In this document: positions 13,317-26,885 of the stretch, one piece after another | Layout of the letters: every line of letters begins with the position of its first letter | Numbering within the stretch: position 1 is the stretch's first letter | Origin: Octopus sinensis | Lineage: Eukaryota | Length of the DNA stretch: 64,000 nucleotides | Assembly (NCBI RefSeq): GCF_006345805.1 | Contig: NC_043013.1 | Span: 48,918,001-48,982,000, forward strand | Direction of reading: 5' to 3' | Translations under genes and position numbers: made by a program | The notes under the pieces: generated by a model | The model's database searches: none | What the model saw: only the letters and a program-made list of their open reading frames with translations | Told to the model about the DNA's origin: nothing

Positions 13317-14832
13317 TAACTCTTGAACTCGTTTTTAAAGTTAATTTTTGGCATCCACTGGTATTTAATCACATTTTGAGTGTCAACAAAGCAGTTTCAC
13401 ATTGAAATAAATCAAGGTTTTATTTATTTAGATGTTATAATCTATCATCAGAAAAACAAATTAACCATCTTTATTTATAAATGTTCATTTCTGATGTCAT
13501 AAAATTAAAGTTATTTTAATTTTTAATGCATCTTATTTCCTTGGTGTTTCAAAATAGATTACTTTCATGAACTTTCTAGAAAGTATAACAACCTTATCTT
13601 TAGTAAATTCTTTAATGCTTATGAAGAGTATACACAAAATAATTTATTCTTCACATTTTGTCCGAGTTGCTACAATAGGGTGAAATGTGTCATTGTTTAT
13701 TTTAACATTTTCTAGTATTTCTTTGTTCACTGTACCTATTAAGCATCATCTGGGCAAAAGGTTTATTGTTATATGAGTTTAATTTTCATATTGCCCTTGC
13801 TCATTAAAATCAATGATCGCAGTTTATTTTTGAATCTAGAAACACAAGTGATATATATCCTGTTGTGTTGTAATAATCTATGCTATTGAGATACTTTTTC
13901 CTGTTAAGCTTTGTAAAACGTAAAAAAAAATTAAGGGAATTAATTGTTGGAAAATAAAACCTGATTTTTATAGAAATGAATGTTTAGAAAAGCATGTTTC
14001 ATTTGATGTAACAAGAATCGCAATTAAAATACGACAGAGCTGACGGAGCAGTTGTCACCTACTTACAGACATTGCTCTGGAATACAGAGAATTAAATCAA
14101 AAGAAAAATTACCCAATTTTAATTGGAACCATTGAAGTGTAGGATGAGTTAGTAGTGATATGGCTCTAAAATTATGGAAACTCTATTATTGTGCGTATAT
14201 TCTGATGCAATTGATGGAAACGTTTCGGAGTGAGCAACATATTTAAAAATATATCCTTCAAACGCAAATAGGAGAGCTTAACCTGTTAAAATAGCAACCA
14301 ATTCTCCCTCAAATAATGACTTGATATTTATAAAATTAATAATAGATTAGTTACCGTTCTTCTTGATGTATCATGTCTGAAAAAAAAAACCGGGATTTTT
14401 ATGCCTGAAACGTATTTGGTTGTGAGGCTGCTTGATCAGGACTAATGTGTCTCACAGCAATATCAATAGCAGCAATTATTCTTATGAAAATATCAACATG
14501 GAACATGGTTAAAGAATCCGCAAACCCATCTGTAACCATCATCATTCTGAAGACTATTGAATATAAAACAAGTTATATAATTGAGATGCAGTGAATGCAA
14601 AACTGACATATAACAAATGCTAACAGCAACATAAATTCAACAAGCAACATAGCATCTTCCTTTGTTGTAAAAGAACGGTAGTTCAGTTGACTGAATACTG
14701 TAATAAAATTCTTCGGGTAAAATGAAGCTTTGCTTTTGCACAAATTTGTGATCAGTGATTTATACTTCAGAGAAGTTCAGATAATTGTATCGCCAGAGAA
14801 GTCAAGAAAATTCTAAATATAATTGATGGAAT

Positions 14833-15037
14833 CAGTGGTTCTCAATGTACCCCATTGATTTTACTCGAATCGACCCCCATAGCCATTCAATGTTTAAGCA
14901 CTCTTATTATATTTTTAGCATTAAATATGGAATTGTATAAGATTTGTTTAAATTTGTGTATTGTAGAAGCACAGATTTTAGCAACAAAATCTTAGGTGGA
15001 CCCCAAGGGCCATATAGACTGCGGTTAAGAACCACTG
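14833..15037. mobile_element. hAT-type MITE
   Basis: TIRs CAGTGGTTCTCAA / TTAAGAACCACTG. Confidence 0.75.
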
Positions 15038-15345
15038 GTTTAGATGAAAACGCGTAGTTCAGCTTTCTGTAATTTGCACGCCTATAATAAAAAAAGTTAT
15101 TCGTTATTTGTGATTATAACTATTATAACTTACTGTATGGCATACATACATACGTATAAACATACATAGACGCACATGCATACATGTACGCCTCCATAGA
15201 AATATACATTATACATACATACTTACATACGTATGTATATATATATATATATATATAGGGAAAGTTTACGAAAAAAACAAAAGACGAAGACAGGTGGTGT
15301 ACAAAACAAACAGAGGTATTAGTATAGCGCTCAGGAATAGAAAAA

Positions 15346-15387
15346 GTCTTTTACGTTTCGAGCCTACGCTCTTCTACAGAAAGGGAC
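15346..15387 (-). ncRNA. Variant minimal hammerhead motif
   Basis: cttt-CTGTAGA-A-gagc(gtag)gctc-GAAACGTA-aaag. Stems I and II pair and loop III is the palindrome ACGT, but the core has A6U and an extra A. Confidence 0.5.
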
Positions 15388-16069
15388 ACAGAAAACAAGG
15401 AGAGAGAAAAAATGTGTGTAGTGGCTAATGTATGTCACATTAACAGCGAAATATAAGTATACACCATTCACGGTGATTTCGAGGCGAGTTGTCTCGCTTG
15501 GTCAGTGACATTCAAATGTTCTTTAACACTCAGTATCGTTTATGTGTATGAACAAACACATACACTCTGTATGTGCGACCGGTAACGTTTTACACACACA
15601 CACACAAATAAACACGCACACACACATGCACACACACACAAATAAACACGCACACACACACATGCACACACACATACATACATACATACATACACACATA
15701 CACACACACACACTCACAGACAATGCAATGCATACTTGCGGAGATATATGACAGTCATGTAAGGACTAAAAAGATATTAATCACCACTCCACATAATCTG
15801 CGATACCGATAGGATCTACTTTAGACTTAGGTATAACCAACGGCAAAAGATCAGCGAAAGTCTACCTCTGAGAGCAGAACAATTTCAAATGAGTCAACAT
15901 AAGCTGGACTGTTCTGCTTGAACACAACAGAAAGTGATGCATGTGTAGATGCAGTAAGTGTAGCGTTTCCTGGACCTGCTGAGGAAAGACGCAGCTTCGT
16001 TATTCAGTGGCGATGAATAATACTAAATATTTGACTAACAAAACAGATAAGGATGCTTCCGATCATCAC

Positions 16070-16290
16070 CTTTATCTTTATCTAGTTTCAGCTCACGAGT
16101 TGTGGCCATGCTGGGGCACCGCCACTTGGTGTTGCTACGTGATTTTACTTCATGAATGCTTTTTAGCAATTGCCATCTGGTGCATGAGAGAGTTCGATGC
16201 AGCTGCCCTCATCTGCACCTCCTGCCGTGAAGTTGGTTCATCTGGGACACCTGACAAGAAGAGATCCAGTTTTATTTTAAAGACCTTGTG
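16070..16290 (-). mobile_element. CR1-type LINE 3' fragment
   Basis: LKIKLDLFLSGVPDEPTSRQE; same family as 30840-31740. Confidence 0.75.
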
Positions 16291-16479
16291 AAAGGTGAAA
16301 TAAATATCGGAGATGATTCAGCCCCCGCAGAATCTGCAGGAACTACGCAAATGTATTTCAAGCTCTTCTAAATTTATCGAACGGTCGGAAACTCTTCCGA
16401 ATTATCTGTTGGTAGCTTCATACCTCAACCTGTACACCTCGCCTGAGTGTGACAGCATGGGCTGAATTAGTCTTCGCTT

Positions 16480-18300
16480 GCGTAATTTCCACCTGCGGTC
16501 CCTTGTCAATAACAGCAATTTTTAGCTAGTTTCAGCTGCCATGCCTATCTCTGCGATCCATCTCTTGATAAACATCTGGTCGATCAACTTTTGATATTTG
16601 CTTTTCTTAAGCTTGTGAAATTTTTTCTACTCTTGGATAGAAGGAACGATTTTGGTCTGAGGGATGCTACCGCCACCTCTTCTGGGAAGATTAGCCTAGT
16701 CTTTCAATCAATTTTAATCTCTCAGTCTTGGGTTGAACGCAAAGTAGAAAACCTCTACTGTTGCTTTTATTTTAGTAGTCTTGTAACTTTCCCTTAGGCG
16801 CTGATGCTTTGGTTTGTTGGGTTTAACCCTCTGTAGGTTTGTCCACATGACACTTATCCCATTGACCTAGGGAATCAGGTTAAAATGGAGTTCAAGGAAT
16901 AATGAGCTGGTTCACACTGCTTACAGGGTTAGTCTTTTTTTGCCTCATCTTTTAAGTGTATTGGAGATTGGCAAGATAACAGTGGTGACACACAACATCA
17001 AGAACAATTTTCTCTGGTCAGTACTCCAGAGTTCCCTTCAGAATAGAGGACGCTCGAGTGCTTGGTTTTACTGTATCTATTTAGAATAGTCTTACGGTCT
17101 TTACACGGTGATCTTCCTCAGTAGAATAGCGGATACTTTACATTATGAACTCCCACTTGCTTTTAGCATTGATATTTTCCCCTCTTTGTTCCCCTGTTGT
17201 TGCCAAGTTATAGCCGCCCTTGAAAGACAACTCCAACAATCTATTGTTTGCAGTTCGTGTCTCTGTTTCTTTCACAACTTCCTGGATCTTTCATCTTTAC
17301 GGTTTTGTTGGCATGTCTGACTCATTCTCGGAGAGAAGCAATGTGCTAACTATGCCTCGGTAGTTTGGAATTCTATTACTGATAAAATTAATAAGCAGAA
17401 GTGAGAGGTCTTGCCGTACAGGTTGATTGGCTTGAAGATTGGAAAACCACCAGCCACCTTCCGCACGAGGCCACCGTGGAAAACCTCTCCATTACCAGCA
17501 CCTGAGCCACGGCAAAGTCACAAGTCAAGAATGGCTGCTGCAATCATTTGAGTATGATGCCATACAGGAAGCACCATACTTTGAATCTTCCACATTGCTG
17601 GCTTTTGTGAATTGCTAATAGTCAGTTGCTAAGTTGGGTTTTGGCGTAATTTGATATTGCCCTTGTCCCGAAAAGTACTGCCTAAAATATCGAACAATCT
17701 TTTGCTTGAATTCTTGGAATCTCAGGTCCTTGAGTGCTGAAGACGTTATTTATCAGCATTCATTTGAAAATACTCAAGCTCCGAAGTTTTTCTGGATTGG
17801 ACTTCATGTATGATCATGTGGCCATCTTTTCCAGTAAGTTCAGCGTCTTCCGTGTCCCTCGAAATGTTGGTGTCACGACCGTTATGATGTCCATGAAAGC
17901 TCTGATGACTGAAGGCCTTAATTTATCACCATTTTCAGATCCTGCTGATAGTTTTCGTCTTATCTCTAACAGTAGGTTCTTGGCCGCCACGAATAGGACT
18001 ACGGATATTGTACACCTACGCGGATGTTGTACACGGTCAGTCTCATGATTAGCAAATCGATGTGGGACATCATGAGTTCGAGTACTACTGTTAGTATTTG
18101 GTAGGACTCCTGTTCACTTTGGATCAGCCGGTGGAGAACACTTGTGTAGGATTTAAGGAGATCTAACCACATGTCTGAAAGCGTGTGTTATTTCTCGTTG
18201 CTTCTCCAATGATGACACTGATTGTTGATGTATGTCCAAAGCATCGAGAGCAGCCTGAGATCACCTCCACCGTTTTTGGAACTCTTGTCAATACTTTCAT
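16480..18300 (-). mobile_element. Degenerate R2/NeSL/HERO-type non-LTR retrotransposon (RT)
   Basis: WLDLLKSYTSVLHRLI (cf. WLDLANAYGSVPH), TISVVLFVAAKNLLL and IRAFMDIIT motifs, with stops. Confidence 0.65.
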
Positions 18301-19389
18301 TGGCCAGTAAAAATATGCCAAATTATGGTGGACGATATCACCAACATCATTCTAACTTCCTTAAAATATCAGAAAGGTAATACTTTCCCATAAAACTGTT
18401 ACCCAAGCAATTTATAATTCTATTTGTAGAGACGATTCTGCAGATAGTGGCATACACAAGACAGGCACACCAAAACCAGAATGTATCCAGACATTGAAAG
18501 CAAAATATTTGTAGAACATTCTAATAAGAACAACATACTTTACATTGTTCTTTGTGACTAGGAGCAAAAGTAAACTATTGGTGTAAAAGGCAGGCTCGCA
18601 GTAAATATATTTATCTCGCCTAAAGTTCCAAAAAATGTTCAAATAAAAAGGTATGCCTTCTCTATTCAGGAAAAAAACCCACCATACTATTAAATATGAA
18701 AGAGATAAAAACGTTTCGTTGCGAGAGAAAATAACGAGTGTCTGTGTGGAATACAACAACAACTTCATTAGAAGCTACCCCAATATGAATGCATGGTATT
18801 AACTTTCATACTAGCTCTTGTGGCTTGATTATCGATTCTTATTCTTACCTATTGTATTAGGTACAAAAGCTATTCAACAATAGATTTTCATTAAAATGCT
18901 TGGAAATGCTGGTATTTTCCAATAAAGGCCGAAGCAAGCTGACTCAGGCCCTTCAAATTCAATCAATTAGTGGTAGAGGGAAGATTTGCCATAGTTGGCT
19001 TCAATGATCATAAAGATATAAGCACATCTGTGTACACGGATGTATTTGCATAAATAGAGCAGAGATAAATATATCCATGCATTTATACATAAAACGAAAA
19101 TATACTCTTCTGTACTAAACAGACAGATAGGCATGACTTGCCTGCTCATGGTCTTGCACGAGAATACGTACACAAATTCATATATACAAACGTCCGTCCA
19201 CACACACACACACACCACACACACACACACACACACCACACACACACACACACACACATTAATTTGAGCTCGAATCTCGAATCTTCACAAATCCTTATAT
19301 CCATTTCGACTCAAATAACGATGCTTAGTTACTCTATTAGTGATCAGCTTGAAAACATCGAAGGAGATTTTTTTTTTAATCAAGGAACA

Positions 19390-19640
19390 TACGAGGCCCA
19401 TTCCAAAAGTTTTGAGACTTTTTTCAGGAAACCCAATTATAACTGCCCTAGATTATTGTAATTTTACTATATCATAACTGTATTCTAATAAGCTGACCTG
19501 CCAAAATTTTGTTATTCCGGAATGACGGCTGTGGCAGCACTTTGAACTCATCCAACTAAACACTGCTCATCACAGCTGACTACTTTGCAGTATGCAGTCA
19601 GAATGTTTGGAAGCTTGTTATGCAATGAAGTGTTGTGTTA
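19390..19640 (+). mobile_element. Mariner-like 5' end remnant
   Basis: TA-CGAGGCCCATTCCAAAAGTTT TIR-like start. Confidence 0.45.
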
Positions 19641-19835
19641 AACCGATCAACTCTTTATTTTCTGTTCATTTCTTTCTTTCTCCTCCTTCTCTTTCTCTAA
19701 ATTACCTTTCACGTGAAATCTATTAACAGTTTAAAAAAAAAAAACTTGCTAGAATTCTCCTTACATCACATACTTACGTACCCGGTAATCACATTTGGTT
19801 AAAACGGCTTATTGATGTGTTTTGTTTCTTTTTTA

Positions 19836-19922
19836 TTCCCTGACGAGATGATTGCATTGTTTTACACCAATTTTTATTCCTCCAGAATAATCTCAATGCT
19901 TTTTTCGAAACATATGTTGGAA
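19836..19922 (+). ncRNA. Type I hammerhead ribozyme motif, apparently intact
   Basis: ttcc-CTGACGA-ga..gcattg...caatgc..tc-GAAAC-ATAT-GTT-ggaa. Stem I ttcc/ggaa, stem II closed by G-C, palindromic stem III ACATATGT, GUU cleavage triplet. Confidence 0.75.
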
Positions 19923-20607
19923 GTATAAATGATTTGAATAACTCCTGCGTTTGACACCATTTCTTAATTTATCCATGTTATACAAAAGCATTTCACTTAA
20001 CCCTGAAATTTCTACCTTTATAAGTAGGCTGTAATATCCTCGGCCCTTATTTGAATTTTTGCTATCCTAGTAACTATTTATTTATTTTTCACTGTTATTT
20101 GTACACGCTGAAATATATTTTCCTAAACAATAGATCCACTTATTTCGGTTAATGGCTTATTCACGAATATACCAACACTAGCACCGATTTTCAGAGTTAT
20201 TGACTTTGAATTATTATCTCATATCTGATTAGCCTGTTATTACGTAACATGCTTCACAATTTTAGTATATATACCTTATTAGTATTTTCTCTTAAGTTCT
20301 GTATATTCTGGGAACGCATTAAAGCTCTTTTCGGGGCTAATTTATTTGAATTCTTACTATTGGGTAACTAATTTCATATTATTACATAACTGATTTCATA
20401 ATTTGGATATTCATAACTTACTGGGAATTGCTAAAAACAAGATCCTGTGTAAGACAGTTCGGTGTTCTCTGTAAATGCACAAAAGCCGTTTTAAGGGCTA
20501 CATACTTTGTATTGTTGTTATTGGATGAACGAAACAATTATAAGAACGGAACCAAGGGATAAGCCCCGCTTTCCCGGGAATTACCTTGTACATCAGCTAG
20601 TATATAT

Positions 20608-20638
<31 letters not shown>

Positions 20639-20671
20639 CATACATTCATAAATACAAACACACACACACAC

Positions 20672-20715
<44 letters not shown>

Positions 20716-20851
20716 ACTTATAAATAAGGGCAAACGAAAAAAATTCTAATGCCGAAATTTGACACATTGTCCATAACCATATAATTTTTCACAATACGCA
20801 CGCTACTCGAAAAAAGTAGACATAAATTTCTAAAAAATTTCATTATTACCA

Positions 20852-20904
20852 TATCGGACCGATTTCAGGGTTAGTTCATAAGAACCCTCCCTTCGTCAGT
20901 GATA
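20852..20904 (-). ncRNA. Type I minimal hammerhead ribozyme motif
   Basis: tatca-CTGACGA-aggg..gttc(ttat)gaac..ccct-GAAA-TCGG-TC-cgata; one mismatch at the first pair of stem I. Confidence 0.7.
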
Positions 20905-21438
20905 TATATATATATATATATATACGGCAAATAGGAAAATGGGGAGGATGCAAAAACGACATACATCAGCCGGTAGACTATTATATTATTCAAGTATGTC
21001 TATTTATTCAAAGTATTAGAAAGTATTAGATGAATGCTATGTGATACATACACATGTACTAATATTACAGAAAAGAGCAAAAGAGCATAAGATCAGATTG
21101 TTAGTAGGTTCTAGTTCGTTACGACCGTTTCTGCTGAGAGGCAACGAAATCCTTCATGCCATCTCCATCTCCTCAGTATTCTGCAGGGATGGGCAGATAA
21201 AGGTTGGATGATGAATGTGCCTCTAGGCTTGTTGAAAGGGTCTAAGTGGTTGGGAGGGTTAATACATATAAGAAACAGTTAACAATAGGTACAGTGTGTT
21301 TGTCTTTTTGAAAGGGCAGAAAAAGAATAGGAGAAAACATGAGGATGATAGTGAAGCACAACTTATAAAAATTTTGGGTATAAGAAGGGGAATACAAACA
21401 TATATCCATACATACATACATACATGTATGTATATATG

Positions 21439-21484
<46 letters not shown>

Positions 21485-22250
21485 TATATACATACATATT
21501 GCAAGAAATAAGAGTTAAAAACTGAGTTAAAAACTTATTTCTTGCAATATAGGTGCTTCGGCTATTTCAGTCACAATTAGTGACGTTAACAGTTTTCCTA
21601 TATGTATGTAGCAACTTTTTTCCTTTCATTTTCTTCCTTCCTCTTTTCCTTCTCCTTTTCTTCATTTGTATTAACCTTATATGTCTCCAACGCCCCCATA
21701 TTTGACCTCATCCATCCCTTTCTTAATTCTTGACCATTTTATTTCTTCAAACTTTTGAAATTTTATTCCGACTTTGGTATTCATTTCAACTCACATCTGC
21801 GATGAGTTAACTTGAAAATTCCAAGCGACAATGTAACCTTCGTTTAATTAAGGTATTCTCGGCCAGGTGATTAGTTAAGTAGAGTACCTCTCATTGAACC
21901 ATCAGAGGATCAAGTAGCTAAAAAACATATGTACACAGGATTTCACTCATTCCATACTCTCAATTTGGATTTTTATTCGCATTTGTAGCAACTTTAATTG
22001 CTAACCCTGAGTAACACAGAAACTTTCAGTTTATCGTGTTTCTTCGTAACTTCGCTATGGGAAAAAGTGTGTAACCTTCGATGCCAATAAATTCGCATTG
22101 TTCCTTACCAGACATTGTCCATTTCTTGTTTTCTATACCTACGACAGACTGTTTGAAGCTTACAAACTTCCTATACTTGGATCCCTAGATTTTACCCTTA
22201 TATATCGATACATACATGCATACATACATGCATGCGTACAGACACGTACA

Positions 22251-22290
<40 letters not shown>

Positions 22291-22320
22291 TATATGTATA
22301 TCTATCTATCTATCTATCTA

Positions 22321-22384
<64 letters not shown>

Positions 22385-22389
<5 letters not shown>

Positions 22390-22868
22390 CGTACAATGGG
22401 TAAACTGTTGCGATTTTATATTTTTTATTTCACGCAAGCGCATGTTTTGATTTTCATTTTGTGAACCACACAGGATAGTAGGGGCAGTTGGGCACCGCCT
22501 GTGAGAAAAAAAAAAGGACTATGACGGAACTCACTCTGCCAGAAATTTGGTAACATGTTGTACTGCTTGCTATTCGCGCCGGAAGCTCCAAGACGAACAT
22601 TTCAGAGTGTTTGGGTGTCAATCTGAAGACAATGCAGAGGATTCGGAAAGAATTGTATGAGTCTAATGGTGATTACGAAGGTACGGTAGCTCGGAAAACT
22701 CACTCTGATCGTTCTAATAAGAAAAGAACTCCTGAATTTGTTGGTGAGATACAGGCCATGATTGACAACAATCACTCCAAGCTAATCAGGTCAATCGCCA
22801 GTCATGGGAGTGTCCGAGTTTCTTATCAAGCAGGTAGTGCATGAAGACATTCGGTATTCCTCATACAC
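22385..22868 (+). mobile_element. Tc1/mariner (maT-like) 5' end and transposase N-terminus
   Basis: MTELTLPEIW*..ISECLGVNLKTMQRIRKEL..RTPEFVGEIQAMID..MGVSEFLIKQVVHEDI, an HTH region with frameshifts. Confidence 0.75.
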
Positions 22869-22899
22869 TGCCTTCATGTTACTATCTTTATATATTTAT

Positions 22900-23217
22900 A
22901 CTAGCACTATAACCCGGCAACGCCGGGTCATAGTGTTAGTGCATGTATATAGAGCTGCGTGCGTGCGCACATACACGCGAGTACTGTCCAAACCTCCGAC
23001 CAATCACATACAGCTAGCTGGCATTCAATTGGCATATCAAGTTTCAGGTATTTTGATTGGGTTTTGGATAGAAAATTCACAAAAAAGTCACTTCTATTGA
23101 TTTTTTAATGGCTTTGTGGGGCGACTGGGGAAATGTAAAGATGTGCACGACCACCCTTGAAAAATTGTGGGTTTGTATAAAGGACACACAGACAGACATT
23201 TTGCCGTTTATATATAT
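22900..23217 (-). mobile_element. Non-autonomous Helitron-like element (family H1)
   Basis: Subterminal hairpin ACCCGGC..CCGGGT and CTAGT end; inverted copy of 27950-28308. Confidence 0.75.
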
Positions 23218-23603
23218 ACTAGCAGTATCGCCCGGCGTTGCTCGGGTTGTAAGGGAAATAAATATATAAGCATTTTTAGAGAGTTATAGCAAAAAAATGC
23301 ATTAAAAATTGAAAAAAAATTAAGGTAAATTTTTTTAAAATCGTTGACACATCGTAGATATTTTTAGAGAGTTACTTCCCTTATATAAAAGCGAAAAAAA
23401 TGCATTAAAATGGAAAAATATGATGGTAAATTTTTTTAAAATCGTAGACTCATCGTAGACGCACGCTAATACCCAGAAGGGCTCGATATGAATCACGACT
23501 ATAAGATACCCGCTTTTGGTTAAACTGCACCGCAAAATGTGGGAGTAGTTAGGAATCTAAATCGTAGGAGGAGACGACACACAACTTCACTCTTATATAA
23601 AGA
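23218..23603 (-). mobile_element. Helitron-like element, second family, abutting H1
   Basis: Minus strand begins TCTTTATATAA and ends CCCGAGCAACGCCGGGCGATACTGCTAGT. Confidence 0.7.
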
Positions 23604-23904
23604 TGCTTTTTTTTTCAGTCATAGAGTTAGATTTATGAAGGTCTTCAGTAGAAAATCCTTCGAATTCTGACTCGCTGCTTGATATAATGAAATTCGTATC
23701 CATTTTTTGTCAGAATTACAAATTTTGAAAACACAATAGGAACAAATTTCGGAAAAAAATCTCCCATAATTCACGGAATTAAAATTACACTTCGATTTTT
23801 GTACAAAACTGTAGTTGAAGTGTTTACGAAGTATAATACGTGTTTTCACGAATGTACTAAAGAGATTTGCTCTGATATTCTCATTTAAATATGAATAGGT
23901 AAAT

Positions 23905-24795
23905 TCGGGCGGCTTGGTAACTATATATAAGTGTCGTCTGTTTATACATAAACACTGTTTCATACTGCAATTATATATACATATATCTATATATAATATT
24001 ATATAATAAAATATATACAGAGTAAAATAAAAACCAATTTACCTTTTCTGTCCGTCCGTGTGTCTTTGCAAATGTGTTGGAATGATAAGTGAGTTGAGTT
24101 TTGGCGCCTTTTTTACTAATAACAAACACACACGTGTTTGTATGTAGTTGTATGTGTATGTAGTTGTATGTAGTTGTATATGTATGTGTATGCGTGTGTG
24201 TGAGGAATGACACACACACACTCACGCACGCACACATGTACATCAATGCTTTCGGAGTGATATGTTAAAATATTGAGTTTTCTCGAATTTTGTCTTAATT
24301 GGTGGTAAAATTGAAAGAAATTTTTTATGGCATCACCCACTGAAGTACTCTGAAAAATCTTAGGTAAATTCTAATTGAGAAATTGTGTGAGGACTAAATG
24401 GTTATGTATTTATTTGTTTCTGTTTGCTGTGTTTTTTATTTTTGAGTAGTGGTTTAAATACTTTCAGTTTAGTCTTCCTCAAATCACTCTGTCGCTATTT
24501 ACTTTCATTTTATTCGTTGCACACTGTGTGTGTGCGTTTGCGTGTGGTGTAAACCAGACTAAGAAAAGCATTTGACACACACACCAGAATGTGAGTTTTC
24601 TGTAAATTTTGCTTAATTGGAGTTTAAATTTTAAAAACTGGACCTGGCATGACGCGATGCATTGTACTCTTAAAAATGCTAGGTAAATTGTAATTGAAGA
24701 AATCCTATATTGTAGATTTGTATAACTCCCAAAGGGAGGCAGATAAAATCTGCCTTTTATAATAAGAGATTATAATAAGAGATTATAATAAGAGA
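23905..24795 (-). mobile_element. Probable Helitron-like element with a triplicated ATCTCTTATTATA start
   Basis: TC-initiated terminus repeated three times at 24757-24795; internal microsatellites; 3' end unclear. Confidence 0.45.
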
Positions 24796-26034
24796 TATAT
24801 ATTACTGCTCCTATACTCATATATATATTAAGAGATTTATATTACTGCTCCTATACTCAGAAGCGTTTGAAGCTACAACAAACTCCGTTGCAGGATCGAA
24901 GTGTGCCAACGACAAATCAGATATTGATATTTTTCATTTTGTCAAATATATATATATAGATATATATATATAGTGATAAAATAAGTCTCACTGTTAATAA
25001 TGTTCTCTAAAGGTACACAACGTATTATATTTATAGTTTCAGAGTTAATGTGTTTGGCAAGTGACATGATTTTACCTTGTTCAACATTTTCAGTGGTTCC
25101 TTTACTGTCAATGAGATATAAGTACAATGTATGTTGGGATAAATGACCTCACAGTTGATTTCCTTACACAAATATCTTTAAAAAGGAAATGCCAAAAATA
25201 GGTTTTGTTTTTGAAGCGATTATAAATTTTATTAACATAGATTTCGGTTTTCTTTTTTTTTTTTTTGTCTCTTTGGTTCAGAGAGAATAAAATCTGCTTA
25301 AAGTTAGAATACATCAGAAACAGAAAGCGAAAAAAAAAAAAAATCACGTGTATTGTGTTCCCAATTTACTTGTTGCCTCTCATTATTCGGTTGTGTCTTT
25401 ACTCTTTCAGTTATGTATATTTCAACTAATCAACTTGAATATTTTACTGTTTGAAACTCTCATTGCTCTAAACCTATTTGGACAGCTCGAGTAGAAATGC
25501 TAATGTAAACAGAACTGTTCTATCGAATATGGACACAATTAGTTTGATAGCAGTGAAACTGAAGCTAGATTTAATATAGAAATTTATTCCCATTTTAGCA
25601 TCGACTCACTATATATATATATATGTAACAAAGTGGAGTTGTAAGGTACCGCACGAGTGGAATTATATATGAAAGAAGGTTTGAAAATGCAATTTTAAAA
25701 GATTTTTATTTATTTTACCGGTTTCACTTTTTATATTTTCCCAAGATTTTCCCTTGTAAATTTTCTTAGCATTTTCTTGTTATCAAAGAATGTATATATG
25801 TATTGTAGTATTTTGTGACAACCAGTAACTAACACATCCAAGCTTTTACATGTTACTTTAGACAATCGTTTTCTAAGAAGTGAAACCGGTAAAGTAAACC
25901 TTCTTTCATATATATATCAGTAAATATATACAGAGTGTTTGGGCCAAATTTGTATAAAAGAAAAAGAAAATACAGTATCTAATCCAAAAGCAAAGTACTT
26001 TTTAAAAAAGTCAGAAAGTATGTATGTATGTATG

Positions 26035-26670
26035 ATTTTCTTTTGAGTTTTAAGTTGTTCTTTAGAGAGCTCAAGCTAGCTAACAAAGCGACAAGACTGT
26101 TTAAGTTAAGAGAGTTCCCTGTGTTTGTAAATTTGTTGTTGAGTTAGTATGTTGGTTGAACTGTCGATGCATATACCGAAGTGTGTGCATCTATTCGAAT
26201 AAGAAACTCAGATGGAGAATTTGGGGAATGTTTCACAAATCTGTGCTAGTCATAGATTGGATTTGAAGCATCCACGTCAGTTTCTTTTCTTCTTTTTCTA
26301 GTTTTTTTTGTGCAACATTGTTGCTACAGAACCTAATACACCTATGATGATGGATACGAACGAGAATTCATAGTTAGAGAACAAGAGCTGTAAATTCCGC
26401 ATTAATTCGCTATAAATGTTCTCTTTGTCCTGGAATTTTGATTACACATTCACATCTGTAGAGTAGCTGACTTCTACAACAGCGCATGACTTTTGTGCTC
26501 TGTCCCACAGAAAGTTACTAGGTCTCTTATGTTTGCACCGAACTGATATTTTTATTGGGGTGTTCCACCAGTATTCCCTGTTTTTAAAGGTGTGGATACG
26601 CCAGGGCACTCATTGCTGCGGATAGCATTGTAAATAGTCTCTGCAAGTATATCATGCCTCAGGGGCGTGC
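26035..26670 (-). mobile_element. 5'-truncated restriction-like-endonuclease LINE (R4/NeSL group) within (TATG)n
   Basis: PLRHDILAETIYNAI, then YWWNTPIK..CKHKRPSNFLWD..CAVVEVS..KENIYSEL..IIIGVLG; (TATG)n at both ends. Confidence 0.8.
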
Positions 26671-26885
26671 GTATGTATGTATGTATGTATGTATGTATGT
26701 ATGTATGTATGTATGTATGTATGTATGTATGTATGTATGTATGCATACATACGCACGCCCCTGAGACTATTTGCAATGCTATCCGCAGAGACTATTTACA
26801 ATGCTATCCGCAGCAATGACTGCCCTGGCGTATCCACACCTTTAAAAACAGGGAATACTGGTGGAACACCCCAATAAAAATATCA

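Larger units (their letters stand above)
10818..14168. mobile_element. DNA element bounded by ~200-bp terminal inverted repeats beginning TAG, with a nested MITE and SINE
   Basis: 10818-11013 is the reverse complement of 13967-14168 with few mismatches. Confidence 0.8.
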
